From an uncultured delta proteobacterium (lineage in GTDB: Bacteria > Desulfobacterota > Binatia > UBA9968): a DNA stretch of 64,000 bases. Below the pieces are notes generated by a model, which worked only from the letters and a program-made list of their open reading frames with translations, made no database searches and had not been told where the DNA came from. Shown here one piece after another: positions 9,530-20,107 of the stretch; position 1 is the stretch's first letter; the number at the start of each line of letters is the position of its first letter. Location: assembly GCA_963816145.1 (NCBI GenBank), contig CAWFJP010000030.1, positions 1 through 64,000 on the forward strand, read 5' to 3'. The translations under genes and the position numbers were made by a program.

Positions 9530-9871
9530 CTAGTTGTTAACCTGCTTCAATAATGCGTCGATGCGCTGCGCTTCGTCGGCGGACTCGTCGTAAAAAAACT
9601 CGATGGTCGGGGCAAAGCGAAGATTGAGCTGCTTGGCCGCTTTCGTGCGAATGAAGCCGCTGGCACTCCTGAGCCCCGCTGCCGCTTCTTCGTGCCGTCC
9701 TGCTCCACCCAAAAGATTAAAGTAAACTCGCGCGTGGCGCAGATCCTTGGACATCTTGACCGCCGTCAAGGCGACATCGCGAACTCGCGGGTCGCGGATC
9801 TCGCGTCGCAACAGATCAGAGATCACCTCCAACAGCAAATCGCCGACCCGGTCTGAACGTTGGTATTCCAT
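9530..9871 (-). CDS. rbfA: ribosome-binding factor A
   Basis: RSDRVGD, IRDPRV, SKDLRHARVY and LRFAPTIEFFYD; start at ATG 9871. Confidence 0.93.
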   Translation of the reverse strand: MEYQRSDRVGDLLLEVISDLLRREIRDPRVRDVALTAVKMSKDLRHARVYFNLLGGAGRHEEAAAGLRSASGFIRTKAAKQLNLRFAPTIEFFYDESADEAQRIDALLKQVNN

Positions 9872-9896
9872 CGAATATAAATTTGAAAAAACTTGA

Positions 9897-9932
9897 TCAC
9901 CACGAAGGACCCGAAGATCACGAGAGTCCGGA
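9897..9932. repeat. half copy of CACCACGAAG-family palindromic element
   Basis: TCACCACGAAGGACCCGAAGATCACGAG matches the left arms at 25036 and 38385. Confidence 0.65.
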
Positions 9933-9991
9933 TTGCCAAACGTCGCATTGCGTCCGTTGCGGCACAACGAATTGTGCCGAAGAAACTTTCA

Positions 9992-10279
9992 TCAGCAGTG
10001 AAAAAACTCGATTCCGGACTCGCCAACTTCGGCTAGACCAAGCCCATCGACAAATTCGACGATTTTGCGTAGGCTTGCTTCGACGATTGGCCGGCTGGTA
10101 CCGGCGATGGCGAAACCGAGTACCGAACTTTGCCAGAGATCTTGATCGCCGCATTCCGTGATCGAGACGTTGAAGCGCTGAGTGACCCGTGCCTGGATGC
10201 GCTTCAAAACTCCGCGTTTGCCCTTCAACGAATGATTTTCAGGGATCGCCAATTGCAGCTTCAGAACCCCCACGACCAT
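9992..10279 (-). CDS. DUF503 (YlxP) family protein
   Basis: MVVGVL...SLKGKR...FNVS...DQDLWQ; usual position after infB. Confidence 0.9.
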   Translation of the reverse strand: MVVGVLKLQLAIPENHSLKGKRGVLKRIQARVTQRFNVSITECGDQDLWQSSVLGFAIAGTSRPIVEASLRKIVEFVDGLGLAEVGESGIEFFHC

Positions 10280-10324
10280 GGAAAGTTTCGAGCGGATGTC
10301 GACGCGGGGCGTACAACGCGCCGC

Positions 10325-13069
10325 TTAGACGCGCGCTTCGCGCCCCGGCTGCGCCGGCGCGATGCGTCGGATCACCGGGATTCGTTCAAAGGCCTCGAGC
10401 ACATCACCCTGCTTGAGATCCTGAAACCCTTCGAGGGATAGACCGCACTCGTAGCCAGAGGCAACTTCCCGAACATCGTCCTTGAAACGCTTGAGACTGG
10501 CGAGTTTGCCTTCGTGAACCACCACTTGGTCGCGCAGCAGTCGAACCAAATTGCCGCGTGCGATCTTGCCTTCGGTAACCGAGCAACCGGCGATGGTACC
10601 AACCCCGGCGATATTGAAGATCTGGCGGATTTCCACCCGGCCGAAGACCTGCTCGCGAAACGTCGGCTCCAAAAGGCCTTCCATAGCTGCGCGCACATCG
10701 GCCACCACTTCGTAGATGATCGTGTAAAGCCGCACATCGACACCTTCTTTGGCCGCCAACGCAGCACCCTTGGATTCCGGCCGAACGTTGAAACCGATGA
10801 CGATCGCGTTGGATGCAGCGGCGAGCAAAATATCGCTCTCGGTAATTCCGCCCACCGACCCGTGTAGGACTTTCAGTTTAACGTCGCCGGTGGACATGCG
10901 GGTGAGCGCATCAGACACCGCCTCGACGGAACCCTGCACGTCGGCCTTCAACACAACTCTGAGTTCCTTGACGTCGCCGGCCTTGATCTGACTGTAGAGA
11001 TCGTCCAACGAAACTTTGCTCGACTTGACCAATTCGGTTTCGCGCTGTTTGCCGTGGCGGAACTCGGCGACCTGGCGTGCTTTGGCTTCATCGGCGACCG
11101 CGACAAACGAGTCGCCCGCCAGCGGCACGCCCTGCAAACCAAGAATCTCCACCGGAAAGGACGGCGGCGCGACATCGACCTTCTGGCCGTGATCGTCGAT
11201 CATGGCGCGAACCTTGCCGTAAAACACACCGCAGACAAAGGCATCGCCGACATGCAATGTCCCTTCCTGAACAAGAACGGTCGCCACCGGCCCTCGGCCA
11301 CGATCGAGTTTGGCTTCAACGATGGTGCCGCGCGCCAGTTTTTCCGGATTGGCTTTGAGCTCCAAGATGTCGGCTTGGAGTTGCAGCATCTCCAACAGGT
11401 GCGGTATGCCTTCGTGAGTCTTCGCCGAAACCGGCGCGAACACGGTGTCGCCGCCCCAATCCTCGGCAGCCAAACCGTATTCGGCCAGACCTTTTTTTAC
11501 TTTTTCCAAATTGGCATCGGGGCGGTCGATCTTGTTGACCGCGACGATGATCGGCACTTCGGCGGCGCGCGCATGATTGATCGCTTCGATAGTTTGCGGC
11601 ATGACGCCATCGTCGGCGGCAACTACCAACACGACGATATCGGTTACCTTAGCGCCGCGCGCGCGCATAGCGGTAAACGCTTCATGGCCTGGCGTGTCGA
11701 GAAAGGTCACGCTACGGCCGTCGACTTGCACATGATAGGCGCCGATATGCTGAGTAATGCCGCCATGTTCCTGGGCCGTCACATTGGTGCTGCGAATGGC
11801 GTCGAGCAATGAAGTTTTGCCGTGATCGACGTGACCCATGATCGTCACGACTGGCGGACGCGACTGCAAAGCGGCCTCTTCCTCTTCGGCGCCCACCTGG
11901 GGTTCTTCGAGGGCGCTGTCGGCATCGAAAGCGACGTTTTCCACTTGATGATCGAACTCGGAAGCGATCAGTGTCGCGGTGTCGGCGTCGAGCACCTGAT
12001 TGATGGTCGCCATCATACCCATGCCCATCAATTTCTTGATCACTTCGCCGGCCTTGACACCCATCTCACGGGAGAGATCGCCGACCGTGATCACCTCGGA
12101 TATTTTGATGACTCGCTTGCTCGCCCGCGGCACGGTAATTTCGGTGCGCCGCACCTCTTTGCCGGGCATGACCCGCTTCTTGCGCGGAATGCCACGGCCA
12201 CCGCGCACTTCTTTCTCGCGCGATTCCAGGACATCTTGTTTCTTGACGACGCGTTTTTTGTGCCGCCCAGCTTTCGGTTTATCGTCACCAGTGCCCGGTT
12301 CAGCTGGGGCGGTGCCCGGCGCACCGGCCGCCGTCGTGCCTGGAGCAGGGCGGCGTAAAACTGGCGTCGGCGCCGGCTCGACCCGCATGGTCTGCTTCAG
12401 ATCGATGCGACCGAGGATGCGCGCACCGCGCGGCGCGGTGCGCTGCAAGGCTTCCATGGTTTCCGGTTCAGGCGCGGGCGGAAGTGCGGGCGCGACAACC
12501 GGCGGTGCTGCCACCGGCTCGGGCGTAACTTCAATCGCTGCGGGAATTACTTCCGGCGCTGCTACTTCGACATCCGGTTCGACGAACGCAGGTTCTTCAA
12601 CCGGGGCCGGCGTTTCAGCAGCGACTTCCACCGGTATTTCCTCGCCAACCGAAGACTCATAACCCGCCGGTTCGGCGCCGACAATTGGCTCAGGGGATAG
12701 GTCAGGCTCAATGGGCGCAGCGGCGGGCGCTGCAACCGCCCCTTCAGGCGGTGCCACTTCAACGCGACTGGTACGCCGGCGAATAACATTGGTGCGGACC
12801 CGGCGCTCAACAACGGTCTCGCGCGACTCGATGCTGCCCTGACCCTCTTCCTCGGTCTTGACCACTCGGGCGATGACTTTTTCTTCGCCGACATGGACTT
12901 GCGGCTTTTCCTGTGCGAACAACGCAGCGCGCACGCGCGCCACTTCGTCATCCTCCATCGCGCTTTGGGCCTTCCGACCGCGCATCCCCAACTTGTCGAG
13001 CTGGGCGATCAAATCCTTGGTCTCGATGCCCAATTCTTTTGCCAGCAGATGAACTCTCGTCTTTCCCAT
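10325..13069 (-). CDS. infB: translation initiation factor IF-2
   Basis: [21 protein letters not shown] and KADVQGS motifs. Confidence 0.98.
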   Translation of the reverse strand: MGKTRVHLLAKELGIETKDLIAQLDKLGMRGRKAQSAMEDDEVARVRAALFAQEKPQVHVGEEKVIARVVKTEEEGQGSIESRETVVERRVRTNVIRRRTSRVEVAPPEGAVAAPAAAPIEPDLSPEPIVGAEPAGYESSVGEEIPVEVAAETPAPVEEPAFVEPDVEVAAPEVIPAAIEVTPEPVAAPPVVAPALPPAPEPETMEALQRTAPRGARILGRIDLKQTMRVEPAPTPVLRRPAPGTTAAGAPGTAPAEPGTGDDKPKAGRHKKRVVKKQDVLESREKEVRGGRGIPRKKRVMPGKEVRRTEITVPRASKRVIKISEVITVGDLSREMGVKAGEVIKKLMGMGMMATINQVLDADTATLIASEFDHQVENVAFDADSALEEPQVGAEEEEAALQSRPPVVTIMGHVDHGKTSLLDAIRSTNVTAQEHGGITQHIGAYHVQVDGRSVTFLDTPGHEAFTAMRARGAKVTDIVVLVVAADDGVMPQTIEAINHARAAEVPIIVAVNKIDRPDANLEKVKKGLAEYGLAAEDWGGDTVFAPVSAKTHEGIPHLLEMLQLQADILELKANPEKLARGTIVEAKLDRGRGPVATVLVQEGTLHVGDAFVCGVFYGKVRAMIDDHGQKVDVAPPSFPVEILGLQGVPLAGDSFVAVADEAKARQVAEFRHGKQRETELVKSSKVSLDDLYSQIKAGDVKELRVVLKADVQGSVEAVSDALTRMSTGDVKLKVLHGSVGGITESDILLAAASNAIVIGFNVRPESKGAALAAKEGVDVRLYTIIYEVVADVRAAMEGLLEPTFREQVFGRVEIRQIFNIAGVGTIAGCSVTEGKIARGNLVRLLRDQVVVHEGKLASLKRFKDDVREVASGYECGLSLEGFQDLKQGDVLEAFERIPVIRRIAPAQPGREARV

Positions 13070-13084
13070 TTTACTCCCCGTCGT

Positions 13085-13354
13085 TTAGACCCCGACTCTG
13101 TCCTTCAGATCACGCAGCAACTTTTCCTTAACTGGCTTGGCAACTTCAACGCGAAACGCCCGGAAGTGGCTCTTGCGGCCGACAAACCCGCTCCAACATT
13201 CCGGCCGCCGATGTAAATAACCGCCGCGCTGGCCGTGGGCGGCAACTTCCAGCTGACCGGAAGCGGTTATAATCAAGCGAACCAGCTGCCGCTTCCGGTC
13301 ACGCGCACCGCAGCCTAAACAGGTTCGCTCCGGCTCATGTCCACGCTTCGCCAC
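13085..13354 (-). CDS. ylxR: YlxR/DUF448 family RNA-binding protein
   Basis: PERTCLGC...RGGYLH..C; between nusA and infB; GTG start chosen. Confidence 0.85.
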   Translation of the reverse strand: MAKRGHEPERTCLGCGARDRKRQLVRLIITASGQLEVAAHGQRGGYLHRRPECWSGFVGRKSHFRAFRVEVAKPVKEKLLRDLKDRVGV

Positions 13355-13361
13355 CTTGCCT

Positions 13362-14696
13362 TCATGATGGCTCTTCAGCCACAGCTGGGGGCTCGGGCTC
13401 AGCCTCGGGCTCTGGCGCCGCCGGCGGATTGGCCGCCAACTCCGCCTCCCTGGCGCGCTTCTCCGCAACATATAGAACCGCAGACTTGTGAATCATTTCG
13501 GCTTTTTCCTTGCTCACACCTTCAATGTCGAGCAGCTCCTCAAGTTTACTGTCGGCGATATCTTCAGCCGACTTGAAGCCTTCTTGATAGATCAACTCGG
13601 CGGCGATCTCGCCGATGCCCGGAATTGCGCCGATCGACTGACGCGCCCGCCGCGTCTCTTCTTCCGCTTCCGCCTCGTTGCGCACGTCAATTCGCCAGCC
13701 CGTCAAACGCGACGCCAAACGCACGTTTTGGCCTTTTTTGCCGATGGCCAGCGACAGTTGATCGTCGGGAACAATCACTTCCATGGTGTGATCGTCGTCG
13801 TCGATGATGATCTTGGAAACCTTGGCCGGAGCTAACGCGCGGCAAACATATTCCGCTTGGTCGGGAATCCAGTGCACAATATCGATCTTCTCGCCGCGTA
13901 GTTCTTGCACCACCGACTGAACTCGCGTGCCCTTCATACCGACGCAAGCACCCACCGGATCGACGTCATGATCATGGGAGACCACGGCAATCTTGGCGCG
14001 GCCGCCAGGTTCGCGGGCCGCGCCTTTGACTTCGACGATGCCTTCGTAAATTTCCGGCACTTCTTGAGTAAACAACTGAATCAACATACCCGGATGGGTG
14101 CGCGACAAAATAATCTGCGGGCCGCGGCTGGTGATCTCGACGCTGACGATATAAGCGCGAATCCGGTCGCCCTGGCGATAACGCTCGCGCGGCACCTGTT
14201 CTTTTTCCGGCAGGATGGCGTCGGTACGGCCGAGATTTACGATGATGTTGCGCTTTTCGAAGCGCTGCACAATCCCGTTGACCAGCTGCCCTTCCCGGCC
14301 TTTGAATTCGTTGTAAATGATTTCGCGTTCGGCGTCGCGTACCCGCTGCACGATGTTTTGTTTGGCGGCTTGCGCGGCGATGCGGCCGAACAAGCTTGAA
14401 TCCAGCTTGCAAAGTAATTCGTCGCCGACTTCGGCGTCGGGATCGAGGGTTTCACGGGCCGCTTCCAGAGTGATCTCGGTGGCTTCGTCCTGGACGGTTT
14501 CGACCACCGTCTTGGCCTCGAAGAGCTCCACTTCGCCGATCTCGGGGTTGAACTGCGCCTCGATCTTGCGCTGATGGCCGAAAGTCTTCTTCGCCGCCGA
14601 GATCATGGCATTCTCCAAAGCGCTAATGAGAATCGCTTTGTCGATACCTTTTTCCTTACTTACCTGTTCGATAACTCGATTCAAATCCTGCTGCAT
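13362..14696 (-). CDS. nusA: transcription termination/antitermination factor NusA
   Basis: [22 protein letters not shown] and [12 protein letters not shown] motifs. Confidence 0.97.
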   Translation of the reverse strand: MQQDLNRVIEQVSKEKGIDKAILISALENAMISAAKKTFGHQRKIEAQFNPEIGEVELFEAKTVVETVQDEATEITLEAARETLDPDAEVGDELLCKLDSSLFGRIAAQAAKQNIVQRVRDAEREIIYNEFKGREGQLVNGIVQRFEKRNIIVNLGRTDAILPEKEQVPRERYRQGDRIRAYIVSVEITSRGPQIILSRTHPGMLIQLFTQEVPEIYEGIVEVKGAAREPGGRAKIAVVSHDHDVDPVGACVGMKGTRVQSVVQELRGEKIDIVHWIPDQAEYVCRALAPAKVSKIIIDDDDHTMEVIVPDDQLSLAIGKKGQNVRLASRLTGWRIDVRNEAEAEEETRRARQSIGAIPGIGEIAAELIYQEGFKSAEDIADSKLEELLDIEGVSKEKAEMIHKSAVLYVAEKRAREAELAANPPAAPEPEAEPEPPAVAEEPS

Positions 14697-14697
14697 A

Positions 14698-15168
14698 TTA
14701 GGCACTCCAATCATGCTCGTAATTGGACTTTTCGATTATTGAAAAAGGAATTTCCCAGCGCGTGCCATCCTGATTGAGCGCGATCCTCTCCGGCGTGACT
14801 TCCAACAAGTTGCCGAGAAACGCGCGCCGCCCGCCAATCGCCTCGCGCGTGCGCACCCGGACTCGCTTGCCAACAAAAGGGGAGAAATGCTCGGGGCGCT
14901 TGAGCGGCCGGTTGATACCAGGCGAGGAAACTTCCAGTGAATAGGAACCCTCGACAACATCGTCGTGCTCGTCAAGCAGATCGCTCAAGCTGCGGCTGAC
15001 CTTGCTCAGATCGTCCATCGCCGGACCGCCCTCTTTGTCCAGATAGATGCGCAATACCCTGCCACCGCGGATGCCTTCAGGTTTGAGTTCGATATCGACG
15101 ATTTCCAATCCCTCGCTGGCCGCCAACGGCTCAGTCATCTGCCAAATCCGGGTGAGGGTTGCATCCAT
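14698..15168 (-). CDS. rimP: ribosome maturation factor RimP
   Basis: LRIYLDKEGG and YSLEVSSPGINRPL motifs. Confidence 0.95.
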   Translation of the reverse strand: MDATLTRIWQMTEPLAASEGLEIVDIELKPEGIRGGRVLRIYLDKEGGPAMDDLSKVSRSLSDLLDEHDDVVEGSYSLEVSSPGINRPLKRPEHFSPFVGKRVRVRTREAIGGRRAFLGNLLEVTPERIALNQDGTRWEIPFSIIEKSNYEHDWSA

Positions 15169-15186
15169 ATTTTCCTGCGCCAGAAA

Positions 15187-15213
15187 CAAAAAAAGCGGGC
15201 AAAGCCCACTTTG
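15187..15213 (-). ncRNA. rimP leader hairpin (attenuator-like)
   Basis: Minus strand AAAGTGGGC-TTT-GCCCGCTTTTTTTG just upstream of rimP, matching the widely conserved rimP leader. Confidence 0.75.
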
Positions 15214-15340
15214 AGTACAACTCCTAAGTGTAGTGAATTTCTACCATGCCCATCGCCGCCAATGCAAGGGCCGCACGGCGATCGGCCGTTGCGCCAGTGC
15301 GGCCATCTGCTATGATTTCGCAATCTTAGAGCCAATCGTC

Positions 15341-16444
15341 ATGAAAGCCGAAAGCCACCCCGAAGCGCCCGCGCAGATTTCTTGGGAGCAGATTCTCAGC
15401 AACCTAGACGACGGCGTAATCACCGCGGACCCGACCGGCACAATCAGGTTCTTTAACGAAGCTTCGGAAGTTCTCACCGAAATTTCATCGGCCGCCGCCA
15501 CCGGCCAGACACTTGAGCAAATTTTCAAACGGGAGCCATGGTTAATCGCGCTGGTCGACAAGACTTGGCCGCCGCATTGCGAGAGCGCCCGCGGAGAGGG
15601 CGACTTTGTCACCCGTTGGGGCGGCAAAATTCCCGTCAGCGTCACCGCATCGCCGTTACAAGATGATCAGGGGACGTTCTCGGGGACGATCCTGTTGTTG
15701 CGCGATCTGCGCCGTCAGCGCGAGCTCGAAGAGGATTTGAAACGCGCCGATCGTTTGGCGACCTTGGGAACCCTCGCCGCCGGCCTCGCCCACGAGATCA
15801 AGAACCCCCTGGGCGGTATAAAAGGCGCGGCGCAATTGTTACGCCGAACCTCCGATAACGATCCGTCGGTGCGCGATTATACCGACATCATGATCCGCGA
15901 AGTCAACCGGGTAAACCAATTGATCGAACAATTGCTCGACCTGTCGCGGCCGACACAGCTAGACCTAGAATCGCTCAACATTCACGAGATCTTGGAAGAC
16001 GTGCTTTTGCTCGAGGGTCAATCCGAAGCGGCGCAAAAGTGCGTGATCAAGAAAAACTTCGATCCCAGCTTGCCGCCGATCCACGGCGACCGCAGCCGCC
16101 TAACCCAAGTATTTTTGAACGTAGTCAAAAATGCCTTTCAGGCGATGGAACGGCCGGGCACAGTCACGGTCACGACACGAGTCGAGACTGATTTTCATAT
16201 TCGCGGCAGCGGCAACGGCCGCAACCGGCTCATCTGGGTGGATATCGCCGACGAGGGCGCCGGCATTCGCGACGAAGATTTGCCGCACATTTTCTCGCCG
16301 TATTTCACTACTAAGTTGAACGGCACCGGCCTGGGTTTGGCCACCTGTTATCAGATCGTCAAAGAACATGGCGGCTTGATCCGCGTCGAGAGCAGCCCAC
16401 ACAAAGGCAGCGTGTTCAAAATCTCACTGGTGGTGGCACACTAA
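15341..16444 (+). CDS. PAS-domain sensor histidine kinase, NtrB-like
   Basis: AHEIKNPLGGIKGAAQLL H-box; N/G boxes DEGAG and GTGLGL; extended -10 TGcTATGAT at 15308-15316. Confidence 0.9.
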   Translation: MKAESHPEAPAQISWEQILSNLDDGVITADPTGTIRFFNEASEVLTEISSAAATGQTLEQIFKREPWLIALVDKTWPPHCESARGEGDFVTRWGGKIPVSVTASPLQDDQGTFSGTILLLRDLRRQRELEEDLKRADRLATLGTLAAGLAHEIKNPLGGIKGAAQLLRRTSDNDPSVRDYTDIMIREVNRVNQLIEQLLDLSRPTQLDLESLNIHEILEDVLLLEGQSEAAQKCVIKKNFDPSLPPIHGDRSRLTQVFLNVVKNAFQAMERPGTVTVTTRVETDFHIRGSGNGRNRLIWVDIADEGAGIRDEDLPHIFSPYFTTKLNGTGLGLATCYQIVKEHGGLIRVESSPHKGSVFKISLVVAH

Positions 16445-16449
16445 AAAAC

Positions 16450-17895
16450 ATGGATCAAGGTAAAATCTTAGTCACAGAAGATGAAGAGTCGTTGCGCTTC
16501 GTGTTGCAAAAAGCCCTGGAAGGCGAAGGCTACTGGGTGCAAACCGCTGCCAACGGCGCCACCGCACGCCGGCTATTGGGCGAAAGCCATTTCGATGTCT
16601 CGCTCATGGACATCAAACTGCCGGACGCCGACGGTTTAACCCTGCTTAAAGAATTTAAGGACAACGGCATCGACACGGCGATGATCTTAATGACCGCGCA
16701 AAACACCATGCGTAACGCCATCGGCGCGATGAAAAACGGCGCCTTCGATTACATCACCAAACCCTTCGACTTGGACGAAGTGCTGGTTTTGGTCAAGCGC
16801 GCAATGGATAGCCGCAAGCTCACCCGTGACTTTCGCGAGCTCAAAGAAGAAGTCAAAAAACGCTTCGAGCCCGGCGTCAACATCATCGGCACCAGCGCCG
16901 CTATGCAGGGCGTCTACAAGACCATAGGTCAGGTGGTCGATAATACCGCCACTATTCTAATCTTGGGCGAAAGCGGCACCGGCAAGGAATTGGTCGCAAA
17001 AACCATTCATTACAATTCGCCGCGCTGGAACCAGCCGTTCATCGCCATCAACTGCGCAGCCATTCCACGGGATCTTTTGGAGAGCGAACTGTTCGGCCAT
17101 GAGAAAGGTTCCTTTACCGGGGCCATGGACAGGCGCTTGGGCAAGTTTGAACTGGCCGAAGGCGGCACGCTGTTTTTGGACGAAGTCGGCGACATCCCCC
17201 TCGACCTCCAGACCAAACTCCTGCGCGTGCTTCAGGATCACGAATACAGCCGGGTCGGCGGCCGCGACATTCTCAAAGCCGACGTGCGCATCCTCGCCGC
17301 CACCAATCAGGACCTGGAAAAGTCTGTCAAAGAAAAACGCTTTCGCGAAGATTTGTACTTTCGACTGAAAGTCATCCCAATCCATCTGCCGCCGCTGCGC
17401 GAGCGGCGCGGCGATATTGCGCTTTTGATCGGCTACTTCATCGAAAAGATCAACCGCGAGATGGGCATCCAGATCTCCGGTATTTCGCCCGAGGCGCAAA
17501 AACTCCTCGAAGATCACTCGTGGCCCGGCAACGTCCGCGAGCTGGAAAACACCCTGATCCGCGCCGCCGTGCTGTCCTCAGGACCGATTCTGTTTCCCAA
17601 GGACTTCACCTTACAAAACAAGCCGGCGGCAACCACCCTGGAAGTCGACCAATTGTCTCTCGAAGAAATCATCCGGCACAAGTTGGAAGACTACTTTCGG
17701 CGCATGGAAGGCGTCGACGTCGACAATCTATATTCATTGGTGATCGAAAGAATCGAACGGCCGCTGATCGAACTGACACTCAAGAAAACCAAAGGTAACC
17801 AGATCAAGGCGGCGGAGATTCTCGGCATCAACCGCAACACCCTGCGCAAGAAGATCTCCGACCTGGGCATCGAGCTCAAGAAAGACCCTAGCTAG
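16450..17895 (+). CDS. sigma54-dependent response regulator, NtrC-like
   Basis: Receiver domain, GESGTGKE, GSFTGA, WPGNVRELEN and Fis-type HTH GINRNTLRKK. Confidence 0.93.
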   Translation: MDQGKILVTEDEESLRFVLQKALEGEGYWVQTAANGATARRLLGESHFDVSLMDIKLPDADGLTLLKEFKDNGIDTAMILMTAQNTMRNAIGAMKNGAFDYITKPFDLDEVLVLVKRAMDSRKLTRDFRELKEEVKKRFEPGVNIIGTSAAMQGVYKTIGQVVDNTATILILGESGTGKELVAKTIHYNSPRWNQPFIAINCAAIPRDLLESELFGHEKGSFTGAMDRRLGKFELAEGGTLFLDEVGDIPLDLQTKLLRVLQDHEYSRVGGRDILKADVRILAATNQDLEKSVKEKRFREDLYFRLKVIPIHLPPLRERRGDIALLIGYFIEKINREMGIQISGISPEAQKLLEDHSWPGNVRELENTLIRAAVLSSGPILFPKDFTLQNKPAATTLEVDQLSLEEIIRHKLEDYFRRMEGVDVDNLYSLVIERIERPLIELTLKKTKGNQIKAAEILGINRNTLRKKISDLGIELKKDPS

Positions 17896-17899
17896 CCGA

Positions 17900-18562
17900 A
17901 TGGCGCTCTCTCTCCCACCGCTCTACGCCATCCTCGATCCGGAACAGACCAAAGGCCGCGCCATCGAAGAAGTTTTGCGCGAGTTGTTGCGCGCCGGAAT
18001 TAAAATGCTCCAACTGCGCGCCAAATCCTTCGCTGCAAAAGATTTCCTGACACTGGCGCAGTTTGTTCGTAGCGAAACAGAATCGCACAACTGTCGTTTA
18101 ATCGTCAACGACCGCGCCGATATCGCGATGGCGTGTAACGCCGACGGCGTCCACCTTGGCCAGGACGACCTGCCGCTCGAAGTCGGACGAAGATTGTTGG
18201 GCAACAAAATCATCGGTATCTCCACCCACGACATCGAGCAAGCGCGGCAAGCACAACGCGGCGGCGCCGACTACATCGGCTTCGGCCCCATGTTCGGCAG
18301 CCAAACCAAAGACACCGGATACGGCGCCCGCGGCACCGACATGCTCAAGGAAATCCGCGCGGCGGTGTCCATTCCTATAGTCGCCATCGGCGGTATCACC
18401 GAACACAACGTCAGCCAAGTTTGGCAAGCCGGTGCCGACTCGGCGGCGATCATCAGCGATCTTCTGGGCGATGCAGACATCGCCGGGAAGATCACAAGAA
18501 TCATGCAACAACACTGGGCCTGCATTTCAGACTCGCAAGATAAAAAGCGACAGGAACCATAA
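17900..18562 (+). CDS. thiE: thiamine phosphate synthase
   Basis: QLRAK, NDRAD, GVHLGQDD and AIGGI motifs. Confidence 0.93.
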   Translation: MALSLPPLYAILDPEQTKGRAIEEVLRELLRAGIKMLQLRAKSFAAKDFLTLAQFVRSETESHNCRLIVNDRADIAMACNADGVHLGQDDLPLEVGRRLLGNKIIGISTHDIEQARQAQRGGADYIGFGPMFGSQTKDTGYGARGTDMLKEIRAAVSIPIVAIGGITEHNVSQVWQAGADSAAIISDLLGDADIAGKITRIMQQHWACISDSQDKKRQEP

Positions 18563-19077
18563 TGAGCGGCGCAAACTTTCAACATCCACCTGATAATCGT
18601 TATTTCGAGGATTATATTCCCGGCACCGTGCACAAATTCGGCTCCATTGCAGTCGACGAACAGGAAGTCGTCGACTTCGGCAAGCGCTTCGTGCCACTCT
18701 CCTACCATGTCGATAAAGAAGCCGCGAAAAAAAGCATCTACGGCGGCGTTATCGCCAGCGGCTGGCACACCGCGGCCCTGATGATGCGCGTCTACACTGA
18801 GAACTATCTTTCCAGCGTGGCCAATCTCGGTTCCCCAGGCGGCGACGAGCTGCGCTGGGACAAACCGGTCTTCCCCGGCGACACCCTTTCGGTGCGCGCG
18901 ACGGTCTTGGAAACCCGCCGCTCCGAATCCCGCCCCGACCGCGGCATCGTTCGAACTTTTATCGAGGTGCTGAATCAGAAACGCGAGGTGGTGATGAGCA
19001 TGAAGATGGTGAATTTCGTGAGGTGCCGAGAAAGGTCTGACGCCAAACACAATTTAAAGGATCTTTCCGCAAGTTGA
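18562..19077 (+). CDS. MaoC family (hotdog) dehydratase
   Basis: YFEDY, IASGWHT and ELRWDKPVFPGD motifs. Confidence 0.88.
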   Translation: MSGANFQHPPDNRYFEDYIPGTVHKFGSIAVDEQEVVDFGKRFVPLSYHVDKEAAKKSIYGGVIASGWHTAALMMRVYTENYLSSVANLGSPGGDELRWDKPVFPGDTLSVRATVLETRRSESRPDRGIVRTFIEVLNQKREVVMSMKMVNFVRCRERSDAKHNLKDLSAS

Positions 19078-19165
19078 GATGTTCAAAGTATAGTGAACGA
19101 CGATGCGACTGTGGACGCTGAGTCAAGTCATAAAGCAAACGAGCAATTTCGCCAGACGGGTTCCC

Positions 19166-20017
19166 TCAGAACTCCTCGCGCACGCCCAGATAACTGGCGA
19201 AGCGCGGCAACCCTGTCTTAGTCAAACCGAGATAGGTGTAAGTAATTGTCGTGCCTAATGGCGGAGGCTTCTTTCTAACCTCGTCGGTAAAGCCGGTGCC
19301 GATCAAAAACACTTTGCCGTCCGGCGTACGCACACGCAGGGCGCCCATAATACCGACATATTTACCTTTGCCAGGAACATGCTCGATCACCACCGCTTCG
19401 GTGTCTTGCAACGGTTTGAGTTTAAGCAGCACGTCGCTGCGGCCGGTCACGTAGGGAGCATCGGCCAAATGCAGCATCAGTCCTTCGCCGCCACCGCGCA
19501 CCACCTCATCTAATTTCTTTTTCAGCACGGCGCGGTCGGCGACGCGAAACTGCTCCACCGCAACCAACTGCGGCCACTTGGCTCGCGCGACAATTTCCTT
19601 GATTCGCTGGGCGCGCTCGGCAAACGTTCCAGTCGCGTTGGGCAGCTCGAAGATCATGTACTTGATCTGACGCCATTCGTCATCTTGCGCTTCGGTTTTG
19701 CGCACGATGCCGGAAAGTGTCTCGAACTGACCGCGCCCGAGCCACAGTTCACCGTCGAGCGGCTCGGCTGGCAGCTTGGCGACGAACCAGGCTGGCGCAT
19801 TGACCGGCCTGCCACTGCGGAATCGCAGGTCCCTGCCGTCCCACAGCGCGCGCGCGCCGTCGAATTTTTCACTAACAAGATATTTAGCCGGATCAACGTG
19901 GGGGCCGAGCTCATTGGCGAGCAGTAACGCAGGCGCATTTGCCGCTTTGACAGAGTTAGCGTCCGTGTACAACAAAAGGGACGCCCAAGCCGCCGCCACG
20001 AACCAAAGCTTGAACAT
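19166..20017 (-). CDS. minimal ATP-dependent DNA ligase with signal peptide (Lig E type)
   Basis: SEKFDGAR (KxDG), DGELW, EGLML, LLKLKP and OB-fold IGTGFTD...PRF; hydrophobic N-terminus MFKLWFVAAAWASLLL. Confidence 0.88.
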   Translation of the reverse strand: MFKLWFVAAAWASLLLYTDANSVKAANAPALLLANELGPHVDPAKYLVSEKFDGARALWDGRDLRFRSGRPVNAPAWFVAKLPAEPLDGELWLGRGQFETLSGIVRKTEAQDDEWRQIKYMIFELPNATGTFAERAQRIKEIVARAKWPQLVAVEQFRVADRAVLKKKLDEVVRGGGEGLMLHLADAPYVTGRSDVLLKLKPLQDTEAVVIEHVPGKGKYVGIMGALRVRTPDGKVFLIGTGFTDEVRKKPPPLGTTITYTYLGLTKTGLPRFASYLGVREEF

Positions 20018-20107
20018 CCTGGGCCGCATCGACAAGCCATCCACAATACGTTGCGCTACGAAATCTGGAATCAGTAATTTGTAATTTTGACTGCGCAGCA
20101 CTGCGCG

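Noticed and set aside
17880-17900. TPP riboswitch before thiE (also preQ1 before queF, Moco/Wco before mobA)
   Set aside because: No room before thiE or queF; the structured DNA before mobA is explained by repeat elements.
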